DNA from: Alphaproteobacteria bacterium
GTDB lineage: Bacteria > Pseudomonadota > Alphaproteobacteria > GCA-2746255
Assembly: GCA_965249135.1 (NCBI GenBank)
Contig: OZ252220.1
Coordinates: 1 to 64,000 of the forward strand
Length of the DNA: 64,000 nucleotides
Direction: 5' to 3'
Positions 8,549 through 17,770 of the stretch are shown piece after piece. A program made the translations under genes and the position numbers. The notes under the pieces are model-generated. The model searched no databases. It was not told the DNA's origin and saw nothing but the letters and a program-made list of their open reading frames with translations. The first letter of the stretch is position 1; each line of letters starts with the position of its first letter.

Positions 8549-11547
8549 TGGCCAAGGCCAAGCACACATATGCGGTCCGCCTCGAGGTCGAGGGCGGCAA
8601 TCGGGTCAAGGCCGATTTGAGGTCCGTGGGCGCGAGCGGCGAGCGCTCGCTCAAGAAGATCGACCGCGCCTCCGACAAGGCCTCGCGCGGGCTCGGCACG
8701 CTCGGTGACCGTGCCTCCGTTCTCCGCCGCCACATGCGGTTGTTGGGCGGTGTGATCGCCGTCGCCGCCGTCGGCCGCGGCTTGCAGCAAATGGCGAGGC
8801 TGTATGCGGATTTCGAGACCGGGCTGATCGGCGTCGGCAAGACGGTGGACCTGTCGGGGGCCGAGTTCGAATCCCTGGGCAAGGATATCGATGAGCTTTC
8901 CAAGCGCATGCCGGTGGCCACGGACGAGTTGCTCGCCATCGCCCAAAGCGCCGGCCAGCTCGGAGTGAAAGGCTCCGACAACATCCTGAAGTTTACCGAG
9001 ACCGTCGCCAAGCTCGGGACGGCGACGGACCTCAGTGGCGACCAGGCGGCCATGGCGCTCGCCCGCATTCTCAATGTCACCGGCGAGGCGCTGGGCAAGG
9101 TTGAGGTGCTCGGATCGGTAATCGTCGCTCTCGGCAATAACTTTGCCGCCACGGAAAGCCAGATCGCCGAGATGGCCACGGAGGTCGCGCGCGGCGCCGC
9201 CGTATTCGGGGTGAGCTCCGCTCAAGCTTCGGCCTTGGCCGCGGCGCTGGCTGCCGTCGGTGTCAAGTCGGAGGTCGCGGGCACGTCCATCGGCCGCATC
9301 CTGCGCACGATCGACGCCGCCATCCGTAGCGGAGGCGAACATCTGGCCATCCTTACGCAGATCACCGGCCGGACTGCGGAAGAGATCAAGGAGCTGTTCC
9401 AGAGGGATGCGACGGCTGCGTTCGCGTTGTTCGTCGAAGGTCTAAAGCGGGTCGGTGACGCCGGCGGCTCGGTGGCCGATGCCATGGCGGCGCTGGGCTT
9501 GGCCGACCAGCGTCTGCTGAAGACCATCCCGGTGCTGGCGAATCGCGCCGATCTCCTTGCCCAGGCACTCGAAATCGCCAACCGTGAAACCGAGAACGCC
9601 ACCGCGTTGAACGAGGAAGCGGCAAGGGCGTTCGAAAGCCTGAACAATCAAACCGAGGTGATGTGGAACAACATCAAATCTCTCGCACGGGCCATCGGTG
9701 CAGACCTGGCGCCTGGCGTTACCGTTGCAGTCCAAGGGCTGTCCGATCTCGCCAGCGAGGCCGGAGACGCCTACGAGAAGCTCAAGCTCATCGCTGAAGG
9801 CGACTTCAACTTCGAGGGGCTCAGTCTCAGCGCCACGCGACGCCAGGTGGAGGATCTCAGGGAGGAGATGGTCGAGCTGGCGAAAGAGATCAACGCCATG
9901 CCCGACATTACGCCGCCTGCTTTCTTCGAGGACCCACTGGGCTTCCTCGCGAACATTCCGGCGCGGCTCGTCGGTGCGGACCGCGAGAGCAAGATCGAGG
10001 AGTTGAATGAGGTCGTCGCCAACTGGCGGCAGTGGAAGGCGAAGCTCGAGTGGGAACTGGAGCAAGAGCGCAAGCGTCGCGAGAAGCGGGCTGCCGCCGA
10101 GACCGAGGACCCCCCCGAGGGCGACCCGGCCGAGTCCCCGGAGGACATCGCGGCGGCCCAGGAGCGGGCACGGCGTCTCGTGCAGATCGAGACGAGCCTT
10201 AACCGGCAACTGTTCCAGTTCTGCTACCAGGGCGCCGATCGCATCCGCGAGGAGTACCGGAAACTCGACAACGAGCTGAAGGATCTAGGTAAGGCCGGCG
10301 CCGATCCAGAAATGATCGAGCGCCTGCGGTTCGGCGCGGCGGCGGTGCGCGACGACAAGCTCACCGCGCTCGCCCGCCGCGAGGATGAGATCGCCGACCG
10401 GCGCGCCCAGGCCAATCAGCGCGTTGTCGAGAGTCTGGGCTTCGAGCTGGAGGCGCTCAGGAAGACCGAGCGGCAACGCTTTGTCGATCTGGCGCTCAGA
10501 AGGTTATCGGCCGAGGCGACCCCGGAGCAGCGCAAGGAAGTCGAACGACTGGCCGGTGCGCTCTTCGACGAGCAACGCGCGATCGAAGCGCGCAACGAGG
10601 CCGAACGCGAGGCCAACCGGCTGCGCGCCGAGGGCAAGGCGCTGACCGACCAGTTGCGCACGGCCGAGGAGGCTTACGCCGACGAGATCGAACGGCTCAA
10701 TGAACTCCTCGACGCCGGCGCGATCGACAAGGAGACCTTTGCCCGGGCCTCGGAACAGGCCGACGACCGCATGCTGCAATCGAGCCGCGAATGGTCGGAC
10801 GGCGTGCGGCGCGCCATCCGCGATTATCTCGACGAGGCCACCGATGCCGCCAAGACCTTCGAGCAGGCGACCACGCGGGCCCTGAAGGCGAGCGAGGACG
10901 CCTTCGTCGAATGGGCGATGACGGGGAAGTTCTCCGCCAAGGACCTGTTCAACACCATCGCCGAGGAGGCATTGAGGGCCGCCTACCGCATGGCGGTGGT
11001 GGCCCCGCTCAACAACATCCTCGGGAGCATCTTCGGCGCCATCGGCGGCAGCATCTTCGGCGGGACCGGTGTCGCCACCACGTCCTCCGGTACGCCGATG
11101 ATCGGCGACTTCCCGGTGTCCTCGGGACCCACCATGCTGGCCCATGGCGGCGGCGTGATCGGCCGCGACGCCTTCCCGGCCCGCATGGTCGATCCTGCCG
11201 TGTTCGACGGAGCGTCCCGCTACCACCGCGGCGGCATCGTCGCCGGCGAGAGGCCGATCGTGGCCCGTAGCGGTGAGGGCGTGTTCACGCCTGGGCAGAT
11301 GCAGAACCTGGCCCCGGTCTCGGATGCGAAGCCCGTGGTCCATGTCGCGGTCAACGTCCGCAACACCGCGCCCGGCGCCCGGGCTTCCGCCGACGTGCGG
11401 CGCGAGCCGGGCGGCGATCTCACCCTCGACATCATGGCCGAGCAGGTCGAGGGCGGCATGGCCCGCCATATCGGCCGCGGCGAGGGTTTGGCGCCGACGC
11501 TCGAGCGCCGCTACGGGCTCAATCCTGCGGCCGGCTCGCTAAGATGA
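8548..11547 (+). CDS. Phage tail tape measure protein
   Basis: 999 aa; TP901-like N-terminal region (FETGLIGVGKT..IVALGNNFAATESQI), long coiled coil, C-terminal HGGG/ERPIV..GEGVFT motifs. Confidence 0.9.
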   Translation: MAKAKHTYAVRLEVEGGNRVKADLRSVGASGERSLKKIDRASDKASRGLGTLGDRASVLRRHMRLLGGVIAVAAVGRGLQQMARLYADFETGLIGVGKTVDLSGAEFESLGKDIDELSKRMPVATDELLAIAQSAGQLGVKGSDNILKFTETVAKLGTATDLSGDQAAMALARILNVTGEALGKVEVLGSVIVALGNNFAATESQIAEMATEVARGAAVFGVSSAQASALAAALAAVGVKSEVAGTSIGRILRTIDAAIRSGGEHLAILTQITGRTAEEIKELFQRDATAAFALFVEGLKRVGDAGGSVADAMAALGLADQRLLKTIPVLANRADLLAQALEIANRETENATALNEEAARAFESLNNQTEVMWNNIKSLARAIGADLAPGVTVAVQGLSDLASEAGDAYEKLKLIAEGDFNFEGLSLSATRRQVEDLREEMVELAKEINAMPDITPPAFFEDPLGFLANIPARLVGADRESKIEELNEVVANWRQWKAKLEWELEQERKRREKRAAAETEDPPEGDPAESPEDIAAAQERARRLVQIETSLNRQLFQFCYQGADRIREEYRKLDNELKDLGKAGADPEMIERLRFGAAAVRDDKLTALARREDEIADRRAQANQRVVESLGFELEALRKTERQRFVDLALRRLSAEATPEQRKEVERLAGALFDEQRAIEARNEAEREANRLRAEGKALTDQLRTAEEAYADEIERLNELLDAGAIDKETFARASEQADDRMLQSSREWSDGVRRAIRDYLDEATDAAKTFEQATTRALKASEDAFVEWAMTGKFSAKDLFNTIAEEALRAAYRMAVVAPLNNILGSIFGAIGGSIFGGTGVATTSSGTPMIGDFPVSSGPTMLAHGGGVIGRDAFPARMVDPAVFDGASRYHRGGIVAGERPIVARSGEGVFTPGQMQNLAPVSDAKPVVHVAVNVRNTAPGARASADVRREPGGDLTLDIMAEQVEGGMARHIGRGEGLAPTLERRYGLNPAAGSLR

Positions 11548-11559
11548 TGACCGCGGCGG

Positions 11560-11841
11560 TCACAGACCGAGCTCGCTGTGGGAGCCGAGGCGCACCAGAT
11601 CGAGGTGCCCGGCATCGGGCTTGCGGTAGATCAGCACCAGGTCGGGCCGGAGGTGGCAGTCCCGGAAATCCTTCCACGGCCCGGTCAGGGCATGGTCGTG
11701 ACAGCGCCGGGGAAGCGCCCGGTCGGCCGTAAGATCGGCGACGACGGCCCCGAGGGTCTCGTCCAGCGTTCTGGCGAACCGGCCCTTCTTCTCGCGTTTG
11801 TAATCTCGCTTGAAGGCGGCGGTGCGCCTAATCGTCCGCAT
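11560..11841 (-). CDS. yafQ: YafQ-family mRNA interferase toxin
   Basis: FKRDYKR..HDHALTG.WKDFRDCHLRPDLVLIY..LVRLGSHSEL. Confidence 0.9.
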   Translation of the reverse strand: MRTIRRTAAFKRDYKREKKGRFARTLDETLGAVVADLTADRALPRRCHDHALTGPWKDFRDCHLRPDLVLIYRKPDAGHLDLVRLGSHSELGL

Positions 11842-12085
11842 TCAGATCGGCCATCAGGGCGTCGACGCCGCCGACCTCGACCAGATCGCCGCGCCGGGCC
11901 GCCTTCATGGCCTCGATCGTCTCCTCGTTGGGCACCAGGGGATCGAAGGGCAGCCGCTTCTCGGCCGCGATCCGCACCATCATCAGGCGGAACGCATCGG
12001 ACACGGTGAGGCCGATCGAGCCCAGCACGGCCGTGGCCTCGTCCTTGATCTTCTCGTCGATGCGGGCGCGAACGACGGTGCTCAT
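11828..12085 (-). CDS. dinJ: RelB/DinJ-family antitoxin
   Basis: MSTVVRARIDEKIKDEA..GLTVSDAFRLMM..LPFD..PNEETIEAM; GGAGG RBS; overlaps toxin gene. Confidence 0.9.
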   Translation of the reverse strand: MSTVVRARIDEKIKDEATAVLGSIGLTVSDAFRLMMVRIAAEKRLPFDPLVPNEETIEAMKAARRGDLVEVGGVDALMADLNADD

Positions 12086-12092
12086 GACAATC

Positions 12093-12129
12093 CTCCATAT
12101 GTGGGCCATATTGTAGCCCATGTATGGAG
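12093..12129 (-). promoter_or_regulatory. Palindromic operator over the TA promoter
   Basis: ctccatatgtgggc-N9-gcccatgtatggag (12/14 inverted match) enclosing TACAAT on the minus strand. Confidence 0.55.
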
Positions 12130-12156
12130 CCGCGTCCACGCTTTGAAGGGTGTCCC

Positions 12157-12636
12157 ATGCCGAACCGCTGGCCCGACCGCCTGCCGCTGCCGACGCTGGA
12201 GGGTTACGGCGTCCAGCCCGGCGAGGCGATCCTGCGCACCGAGATGGAGGCGGGCCCGGCCCGTCAGCGCCGGCGCTTCACCGATGTGCCGAGCCGCATC
12301 GCCGTGCGCTGGGTGCTCGGGCCCGATCAGTTTGCCCTGTTCGAGGCCTGGTACCGCTGGGCGGCCCATGAGGGCGGCGCCTGGTTCGAAATGGACCTGC
12401 TGGGCGGTCTCGGCCTGTTGCCGCAGGAAGCCCGCTTCACCCGCCAGTTCGATGCGCGGCCCTATCGCGGCCGCCTCTGGGAAGTAGCCAGCGAGCTCGA
12501 AATCCGTGCCCGGCCGACGCTGAGCGAAGGCGCAATGACCGTGCTGCTCACCGAGGACATGCCGGCTCTCAACGCAAGCATCGATGCGCTGCACGTCCTC
12601 GTCCACGAGACCCTGCCCGGACCCCACGCCTGGTAG
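12157..12636 (+). CDS. Phage minor/distal tail protein
   Basis: WPDRLPLP..ILRTEMEAGPARQRRRFT..FEAWY motif; follows tape measure. Confidence 0.75.
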   Translation: MPNRWPDRLPLPTLEGYGVQPGEAILRTEMEAGPARQRRRFTDVPSRIAVRWVLGPDQFALFEAWYRWAAHEGGAWFEMDLLGGLGLLPQEARFTRQFDARPYRGRLWEVASELEIRARPTLSEGAMTVLLTEDMPALNASIDALHVLVHETLPGPHAW

Positions 12637-12688
12637 GGGTCCTCCCCGGACGGCGCACCGGCGCCGTCACCACAATTTGGAGAAGAGC

Positions 12689-13006
12689 ATGAATCTCGAA
12701 ACCGAGCTGCGCGCGGCGGTCTCGCGCGCCGACGCCGACAGCCGTCTGCTGCACGAGATCGTGCACGGCGATGCCGCCGCCACCGTCACCACCGAGGGCG
12801 GCGTGGTCAAGACGGCTGCCAAAGCCATCGGGGGTGTCGAGGCGAGCGTCGCCGCGGCCGCGAGCACCGTGACCGAAGGGGTCGCACAAGCTGAGATCGC
12901 ACGGGACGAGGCTGTTGCTGCCCGCGATGCGGTTGAGAACGCCGTCCGCACCGTGGCCGTGTCGGCAACCGACACCACGCCCGCCGCGCTTTCGGATATT
13001 TCTTGA
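12689..13006 (+). pseudogene. Truncated phage tail/fibre protein N-terminus
   Basis: MNLETELRAAV..HEIVHGD..TVTTEGGVVKT; stops shortly after colliding with the integrase remnant near 12993. Confidence 0.55.
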
Positions 13007-13583
13007 TGTGCCGGCGCGGGTTCGATCCGTCCGGCCGCAGACCCCACATCTCCGCGAGATTGAACATTTTGGAGATGATCTCGAGGTTCCGGTTGGCCTG
13101 GTAGGGGAGATGGCGGAGTTCGTGGTGGAATCGGGAGATGTCGGCCCGGACCACGTCGGCCACCGTGAGCCGGCCCAGGGCCGGGAGGATGAAGCGGCGG
13201 AGGTTGCGGCGGTACTCCCGCGCCGTGCTGGGCTTGAGGCGAACGGAGATGTGCTCCTCGTCGAAGCGCTTGGCGAGGTCGGCGACGCTCAGCGCGTCGC
13301 GATGGCCTCGCCTGTCGTGGGCCGGGTCCTCACCGCGCTCGACCGCCGCCAGGGCTTATCGGGCCAACCGCCGTGCTTGCTCGGGCGTCAGGACGCCATG
13401 CCGGCCGAGAGTGAACTTGCGGGACTGTCGGCGCAGGTTGCGGTACTGGATGACATAGGCCTTTACTCCGCTGGGCTTGACTCGGACGCCTAAGCCCGGA
13501 AGGTCCTTGTCCCACACCCAAAGGTCCGTTCCGGCCTCCGGGGTGAGGTCTTCGACGAGCCGCTTGGTGATCTTCGCCTTCAT
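12993..13583 (-). pseudogene. Tyrosine integrase remnant (arm- and core-binding domains only)
   Basis: MKAKITKR..VWD..LPGLGVRV..TLGRHG.LT.EQAR, in-frame TAA at 13356-13358, continues to ..NPRRHIKKYP; catalytic domain deleted. Confidence 0.85.
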
Positions 13584-13760
13584 CGATCTCCTCCGCTTAG
13601 CTTGCTCCCCGGGGGAGCACTGGGGGAGCACGAGGGCGCGTTTCGGTGCGCAAAAGGGTGAAGATCAGAGTAATGCGTTCGAAGAAAAAATAAAGTAAAC
13701 CTTTGTTTTTTCATACTATTTCGTATTTGTTCGAAGTAAAGCGAAAGTCTTGAGACATGA

Positions 13761-13805
13761 CTCATAACCTGAAGGTCGTTGGTTCAAATCCAACCCCCGC
13801 AACCA
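13761..13805 (+). other. att site: 3' half of initiator-type tRNA-Met (anticodon loop to CCA), not a complete tRNA
   Basis: CTCATAACCTGAAGGTCGTTGGTTCAAATCCAACCCCCGCAACCA; upstream bases give no D-arm or 5' acceptor strand. Confidence 0.85.
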
Positions 13806-15442
13806 CTGAGACCGACATTCCGCGCGACGGAGTGTCGGGTTTGTTCTTTTTATCCTTCGCCGCCGTCCATTCGATGATGGTGCCGAGGTCGCCGTAGAGG
13901 GTGGCGTCGATCTGCCCGCGCCTGGGGCCAGGCGTGAGAGTAATGCGCTCGATGAGACCCGGATGGCGGCGGCCGCCTCGTCGCGCTCCTGCGGGTGCTT
14001 CAGCGCCTCCGCGAGGCGTTCGACCTTGCGGCGATAGATGCCGGCGACGTTCGGATGAATGTCCGGGAGGATTACAGGTGTGCCCGAGAGGCGCTCCGTC
14101 AGCTCGTCCTGTCGCGCTTCCAGTTCGCGGAGCCGGTCGGTCAGCCCACGGGTGTAGCCGCCGTCCTCGATGACGGTGACGATCTCCTTGATCTTCTTCT
14201 CGATGCCAGCCAACGCCGTGCGGTCGCTCACGCCGGATGAACGCCGCTCGCGGTTGAGTCGGTTGGTTTCTTCGACATAGGCGCGCATGGCCTCGGCGGC
14301 GACCTCGGGCGCCATGAGCCGGTCCTTGAGCCCCGCCAGCAAGCGTTCTTCCAGTGCTGTACGGGCGATGCCGCGGCTGTTCTCGCAACTGCCGTTCATG
14401 ACGTGGTTGGAGCAGCCGTAGCGGTCCTGGCCCCTCAGCGCATAGGAGCCGCCGCAGCTCCCGCACTCCAGGAGGCCGGACAGGAGCGAGCGGGGCGCCG
14501 ATGGGTGCGGTTTAGGCGGTTGGCATGGGCGGCGCGGACGGCTTCAATGCTATTCGCGTATTTGATCGAGAGCTCGTTCTGGCGATCCTTCGCAGCCTGC
14601 CACAGGCCGTCATCGACGATGCGGAGTTCGGGCACCTCGATCGTGACCCAGTCCTCGGGCGGGTTGATCCGGGAGACGCGCTTTCCCGTCGAGGGGTCTT
14701 TGACGTAGCGCTGGCGGTTCCAGACCAGACGACCGATATAGAGCTCGTTGTTGAGGATGCCGGTGCCGCGCTTGGCATGGCCGCGCAGGGTGGAGTCGGT
14801 CCACAAGGCACCGGACGGGCCAGGAATGCCCTTGGCGTTGAGACGACGCGCCAGGGTGCGCGGGCTGACACCGGCGGCGAACTCCTTGAAGATGCGGTGA
14901 ACGATCTCGGCCTCATCCTCGTTGATGCGCCGCTCGCCCCGTATCGGCTCTCCCTTGTCATCGGTGCGCTTCACCACGTCGTAGCCGTAGCAGAGCCCGC
15001 CGCCGGACTTGCCCTGCTCGATACGCCCCCTCAAGCCCCGATGGGTCTTGGCGGCGAGGTCCTTGAGAAAGAGCGCGTTCATGGTGCCCTTGAGGCCGAC
15101 GTGAAGCTCGCTGATCTCGCCTTCCGCGAGCGTCACCATGCGCACGCCGGCAAAGCGGAGATGCTTGAACAGGGCCGCCACGTCCGCCTGGTCGCGGCTC
15201 ATGCGGTCCAAGGCCTCGGCCACCACCAGGTCGAACTTGCCGCATTGCGCGTCGGCCAGGACTGTCTGGACACCCGGCCGCAGGATCACGCTATCGCCGG
15301 AGATGGCGGAGTCCTTGTACGTGGCGATGATCTTCCATCCTTCGCGTTTCGCATACTCGCGGCAGACGCGAAACTGATCCTCGATGGAGGCCTCCCGCTG
15401 CTGGTCCGACGAGTAACGGGCATAGAGGGCAACGCGGGTCAT
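13762..15442 (-). pseudogene. Large serine recombinase with two frameshifts (~14495, ~13960)
   Basis: MTRVALYARYSS..SIEDQ, DRMSR, recombinase domain; zinc ribbon (LLSGLLECGSCG) in a second frame; tail LIERITLTP..VAGVGFEPTTFRL in a third segment. Confidence 0.85.
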
Positions 15443-15455
15443 CTTATCGGGTCTC

Positions 15456-15653
15456 CTAATCCTCACCGGCCTCCGATGCCGGGGCATTATCGTTGACGGC
15501 GTGGAGCCGTTCGAACGCCTCTCGGGCGATCTGCCGCCCAATTAGGCGGGCGATCATCAGCACGGCGGACTCTACCCTGGACTCCGCCGTGCTGACGTCG
15601 TTCGCCGCGCTGCCCCGCTTGAGGGCGATGGTACGCGCCCCGTCCCCGATCAT
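15456..15653 (-). CDS. Small protein upstream of recombinase (candidate directionality factor)
   Basis: 65 aa with amphipathic helix IARLIGRQIARE and ANDV/VNDN motifs; ends 13 nt before recombinase start. Confidence 0.5.
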   Translation of the reverse strand: MIGDGARTIALKRGSAANDVSTAESRVESAVLMIARLIGRQIAREAFERLHAVNDNAPASEAGED

Positions 15654-15958
15654 TCTCGACCCTTTCCCGGGAAGACCTCGGTAAAAGGTCAGAGTTGATC
15701 TCGGCAGGCGGCGGCGTCAACATGTTTTAGTCAATAATTTCCTACAGTTAGATCGCAGTCTGGTGAACTTGAGGGCGCTACGGGCAAGGCCAGGATACGC
15801 CAGCTAGCGAGGGGCAAGGCAGGAATTTGTTGCTGGTGGATTGTTCCGGCTGCTCCGCTCGCTCAAACACTACGTACCGCTCAGGCCGCTGCTTGGTGGT
15901 CCAATGGGCGGGGGAAAGGGGCGGTCACGCGGGACCGGGGCGCCCCAGTTTTCTAGCG

Positions 15959-17443
15959 TTAGGTAAGGTTCTGTTTCCGGAGAAAAGCGATGTCGGCGCC
16001 GATGGCTTCGGAGGCCAGCCAGTGCGCGCCATGAGCAGTGAGGAGCATTGGGGAAATTTGCTTGAGCAGGGGAGAGCCTTGAAGGGCCGCGCGTATGCGG
16101 TCCGGTGGCAAGCGGCCGAGCGTGGCGACAATCCAGTCAGGGACTGGTTGCGTGGCATTGGACGCGGCGATCAAGGCTTGCAATACCTCGTCTGAAGCAA
16201 TGATGCGGAGGGCTTCGGATGCCGCCGGTGCACGGCGCGGGTAGCCAGCGATGAGATCCTGAACGAGACGGTTGATGACCGGTCGAGGTGTATCGGTTCC
16301 AAAAGCGCTGATGGCATGCAGGGCGAGGTTTTCATCGGCGTCGTCAATGAACGGCAAGGCATCTTCGTAGCATTTGAGTCCTGCTTTACCGAGCGCCCAG
16401 ACAGCGGCTTGTTGGAGTTCATCGCCTTCGAAGCGGGGATCGGTCAGAACGCGGTTGAGCTGGTCGCGGGTAAAGGGGCTGTGACCGAGCTCAGTCAGGA
16501 TGAACACGGCTTCCATGCGCAGTTCCGGTCGTTCGTTGTTGTCCCAGATAAAATGGGCGATTTGCTCCTGGCCGAATTCCGAGCCGAATGCGGCGGCGGA
16601 GCCCGCTGCTTCGAGGGCGACACGTTCTTCGGCTTCACGGCGGATGAGGTCTTCGAGTGCCGGAATGACACGGTCACGCGGATCGTCGCGGAAGCGTAAG
16701 GCTTTGACCGCGGCGTAGCGATCAACGTCAGTGTCTGCCTGTAGATCGTCGAGCGGTGCGTAGCGGCGGGACAGATAGGTGGACAAGTCGGCAAGTGCCG
16801 GGGGTTCCCCGGCCAGAATCGTGGTATCCGCAGTGAAGGTGTCACCGGGAGAGACGTAAACAGACCTGCCACGTAGCGTGTAGGTCTGTCGGCGGGCCGG
16901 ACGCTCGGTATCGGCATTCATCTGGACGATGAGCCGCTGATCCGTGACTTCAAGCACGGTGCCGTCGCGTGTGGGGACGGTGGCGGGCCATGTCCGGTCC
17001 CGCTCAGCGCCCTCAGAGGCGGATTTCGGCGGACCGAGCCTGGATCGGCTCACGGAAGCTCGGAGCGCGCCGACAGTGAAGTAAACCGCGTCATCGGCGG
17101 GTTCCGGGCCATCGTCAGTGTCGAAACAAGTGATGAGGGCGACGATATCGCTATCACGTAGGCCGGCGTCCCATACCCTGTCGGGGTTGGCCGGTGCGTC
17201 GCTCATGCGGATCTTGAGGTCCGTCTTGGCGCGAACTTCGGCGCGCATACCGGACTTTACGCAGAGCAGGTCGGGGAGGCGCAGTCGCTTGACCTTGGTG
17301 GTCCAGATTTTGTTGGAACCGCAATAGCGCTCCAGTTCGATCGGTTCGAAACCGCGGTCGCGGAGCCGGTCAATCGTGCGATGGACACCGAACGCACCCA
17401 TGCTGAGAAACCGCAGGAAACTGGTATCGGCCTTGAAACCCAT
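15959..17443 (-). CDS. Putative restriction-type endonuclease: PD-(D/E)xK-like N-domain + HEAT-like repeats
   Basis: LPDLLCVKSGMRAEVRAK motif; helical repeats (RYAAVKALR, VALEAAGSAA, LRMEAVFIL, LQQAAVWALG); coupled to controller gene, divergent from a methyltransferase. Confidence 0.65.
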   Translation of the reverse strand: MGFKADTSFLRFLSMGAFGVHRTIDRLRDRGFEPIELERYCGSNKIWTTKVKRLRLPDLLCVKSGMRAEVRAKTDLKIRMSDAPANPDRVWDAGLRDSDIVALITCFDTDDGPEPADDAVYFTVGALRASVSRSRLGPPKSASEGAERDRTWPATVPTRDGTVLEVTDQRLIVQMNADTERPARRQTYTLRGRSVYVSPGDTFTADTTILAGEPPALADLSTYLSRRYAPLDDLQADTDVDRYAAVKALRFRDDPRDRVIPALEDLIRREAEERVALEAAGSAAAFGSEFGQEQIAHFIWDNNERPELRMEAVFILTELGHSPFTRDQLNRVLTDPRFEGDELQQAAVWALGKAGLKCYEDALPFIDDADENLALHAISAFGTDTPRPVINRLVQDLIAGYPRRAPAASEALRIIASDEVLQALIAASNATQPVPDWIVATLGRLPPDRIRAALQGSPLLKQISPMLLTAHGAHWLASEAIGADIAFLRKQNLT

Positions 17444-17670
17444 CAGGGGCTGACGTGCGGGATGGGTTTCAGCAGCTCTGCCGGGGTGGTGCCAAGGGCA
17501 TCGGCGATCTGAAAGATGTTTTCAACCGCGACGTTGCGCTGTGCGCGCTCGATGGAGCTGATATAGGTGCGATGCAGGCCGGCACGGTCGGCCAACTCCT
17601 CCTGGGAGATACCGGCAGAGGTTCGGAGGCACTTCAGGTTGAAGGCCAGTATCTCTTGTGGCGTAGCGAT
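17443..17670 (-). CDS. XRE HTH controller (C) protein; no canonical in-frame start
   Basis: ISQEELADRAGLHRTYISSIERAQRNVAVENIFQIADALG; TGA overlaps nuclease ATG; only ATC codons in frame, nearest ATG (17686) is 1 nt out of frame. Confidence 0.8.
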   Translation of the reverse strand: MATPQEILAFNLKCLRTSAGISQEELADRAGLHRTYISSIERAQRNVAVENIFQIADALGTTPAELLKPIPHVSP

Positions 17671-17720
17671 GGCGATGGCCTTGCATTCGTGGTTATGGAC
17701 AACAGACTAGGGGCCGTGTA

Positions 17721-17746
17721 AACTATGCGTCTACAGACTTTGCGTC
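17721..17746 (-). promoter_or_regulatory. Double C-box operator (PvuII-type layout)
   Basis: Minus strand GACGCAAAGTC-TGTA-GACGCATAGTT, matching GACT-N3-AGTC-TGTA-GACT-N3-AGTC architecture. Confidence 0.75.
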
Positions 17747-17770
17747 ACGCATCTGGAAGATTATGGACCT

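Larger units (their letters stand above)
7598..13805. mobile_element. Defective prophage relic (tail module + broken integrase + att)
   Basis: Tube fragment-chaperone-tape measure-distal tail order, then convergent integrase remnant and tRNA-derived att; truncated genes at both ends. Confidence 0.8.

Noticed and set aside
7598-13006. Tailocin or gene transfer agent
   Set aside because: Tube and fibre genes truncated, no lysis or head genes, integrase and att adjacent
13730-13805. Functional tRNA-Met gene
   Set aside because: 5' acceptor strand and D-arm absent; only the 3' half is present
17455-17721. Plus-strand 88-aa ORF
   Set aside because: Antisense of the clear HTH controller frame
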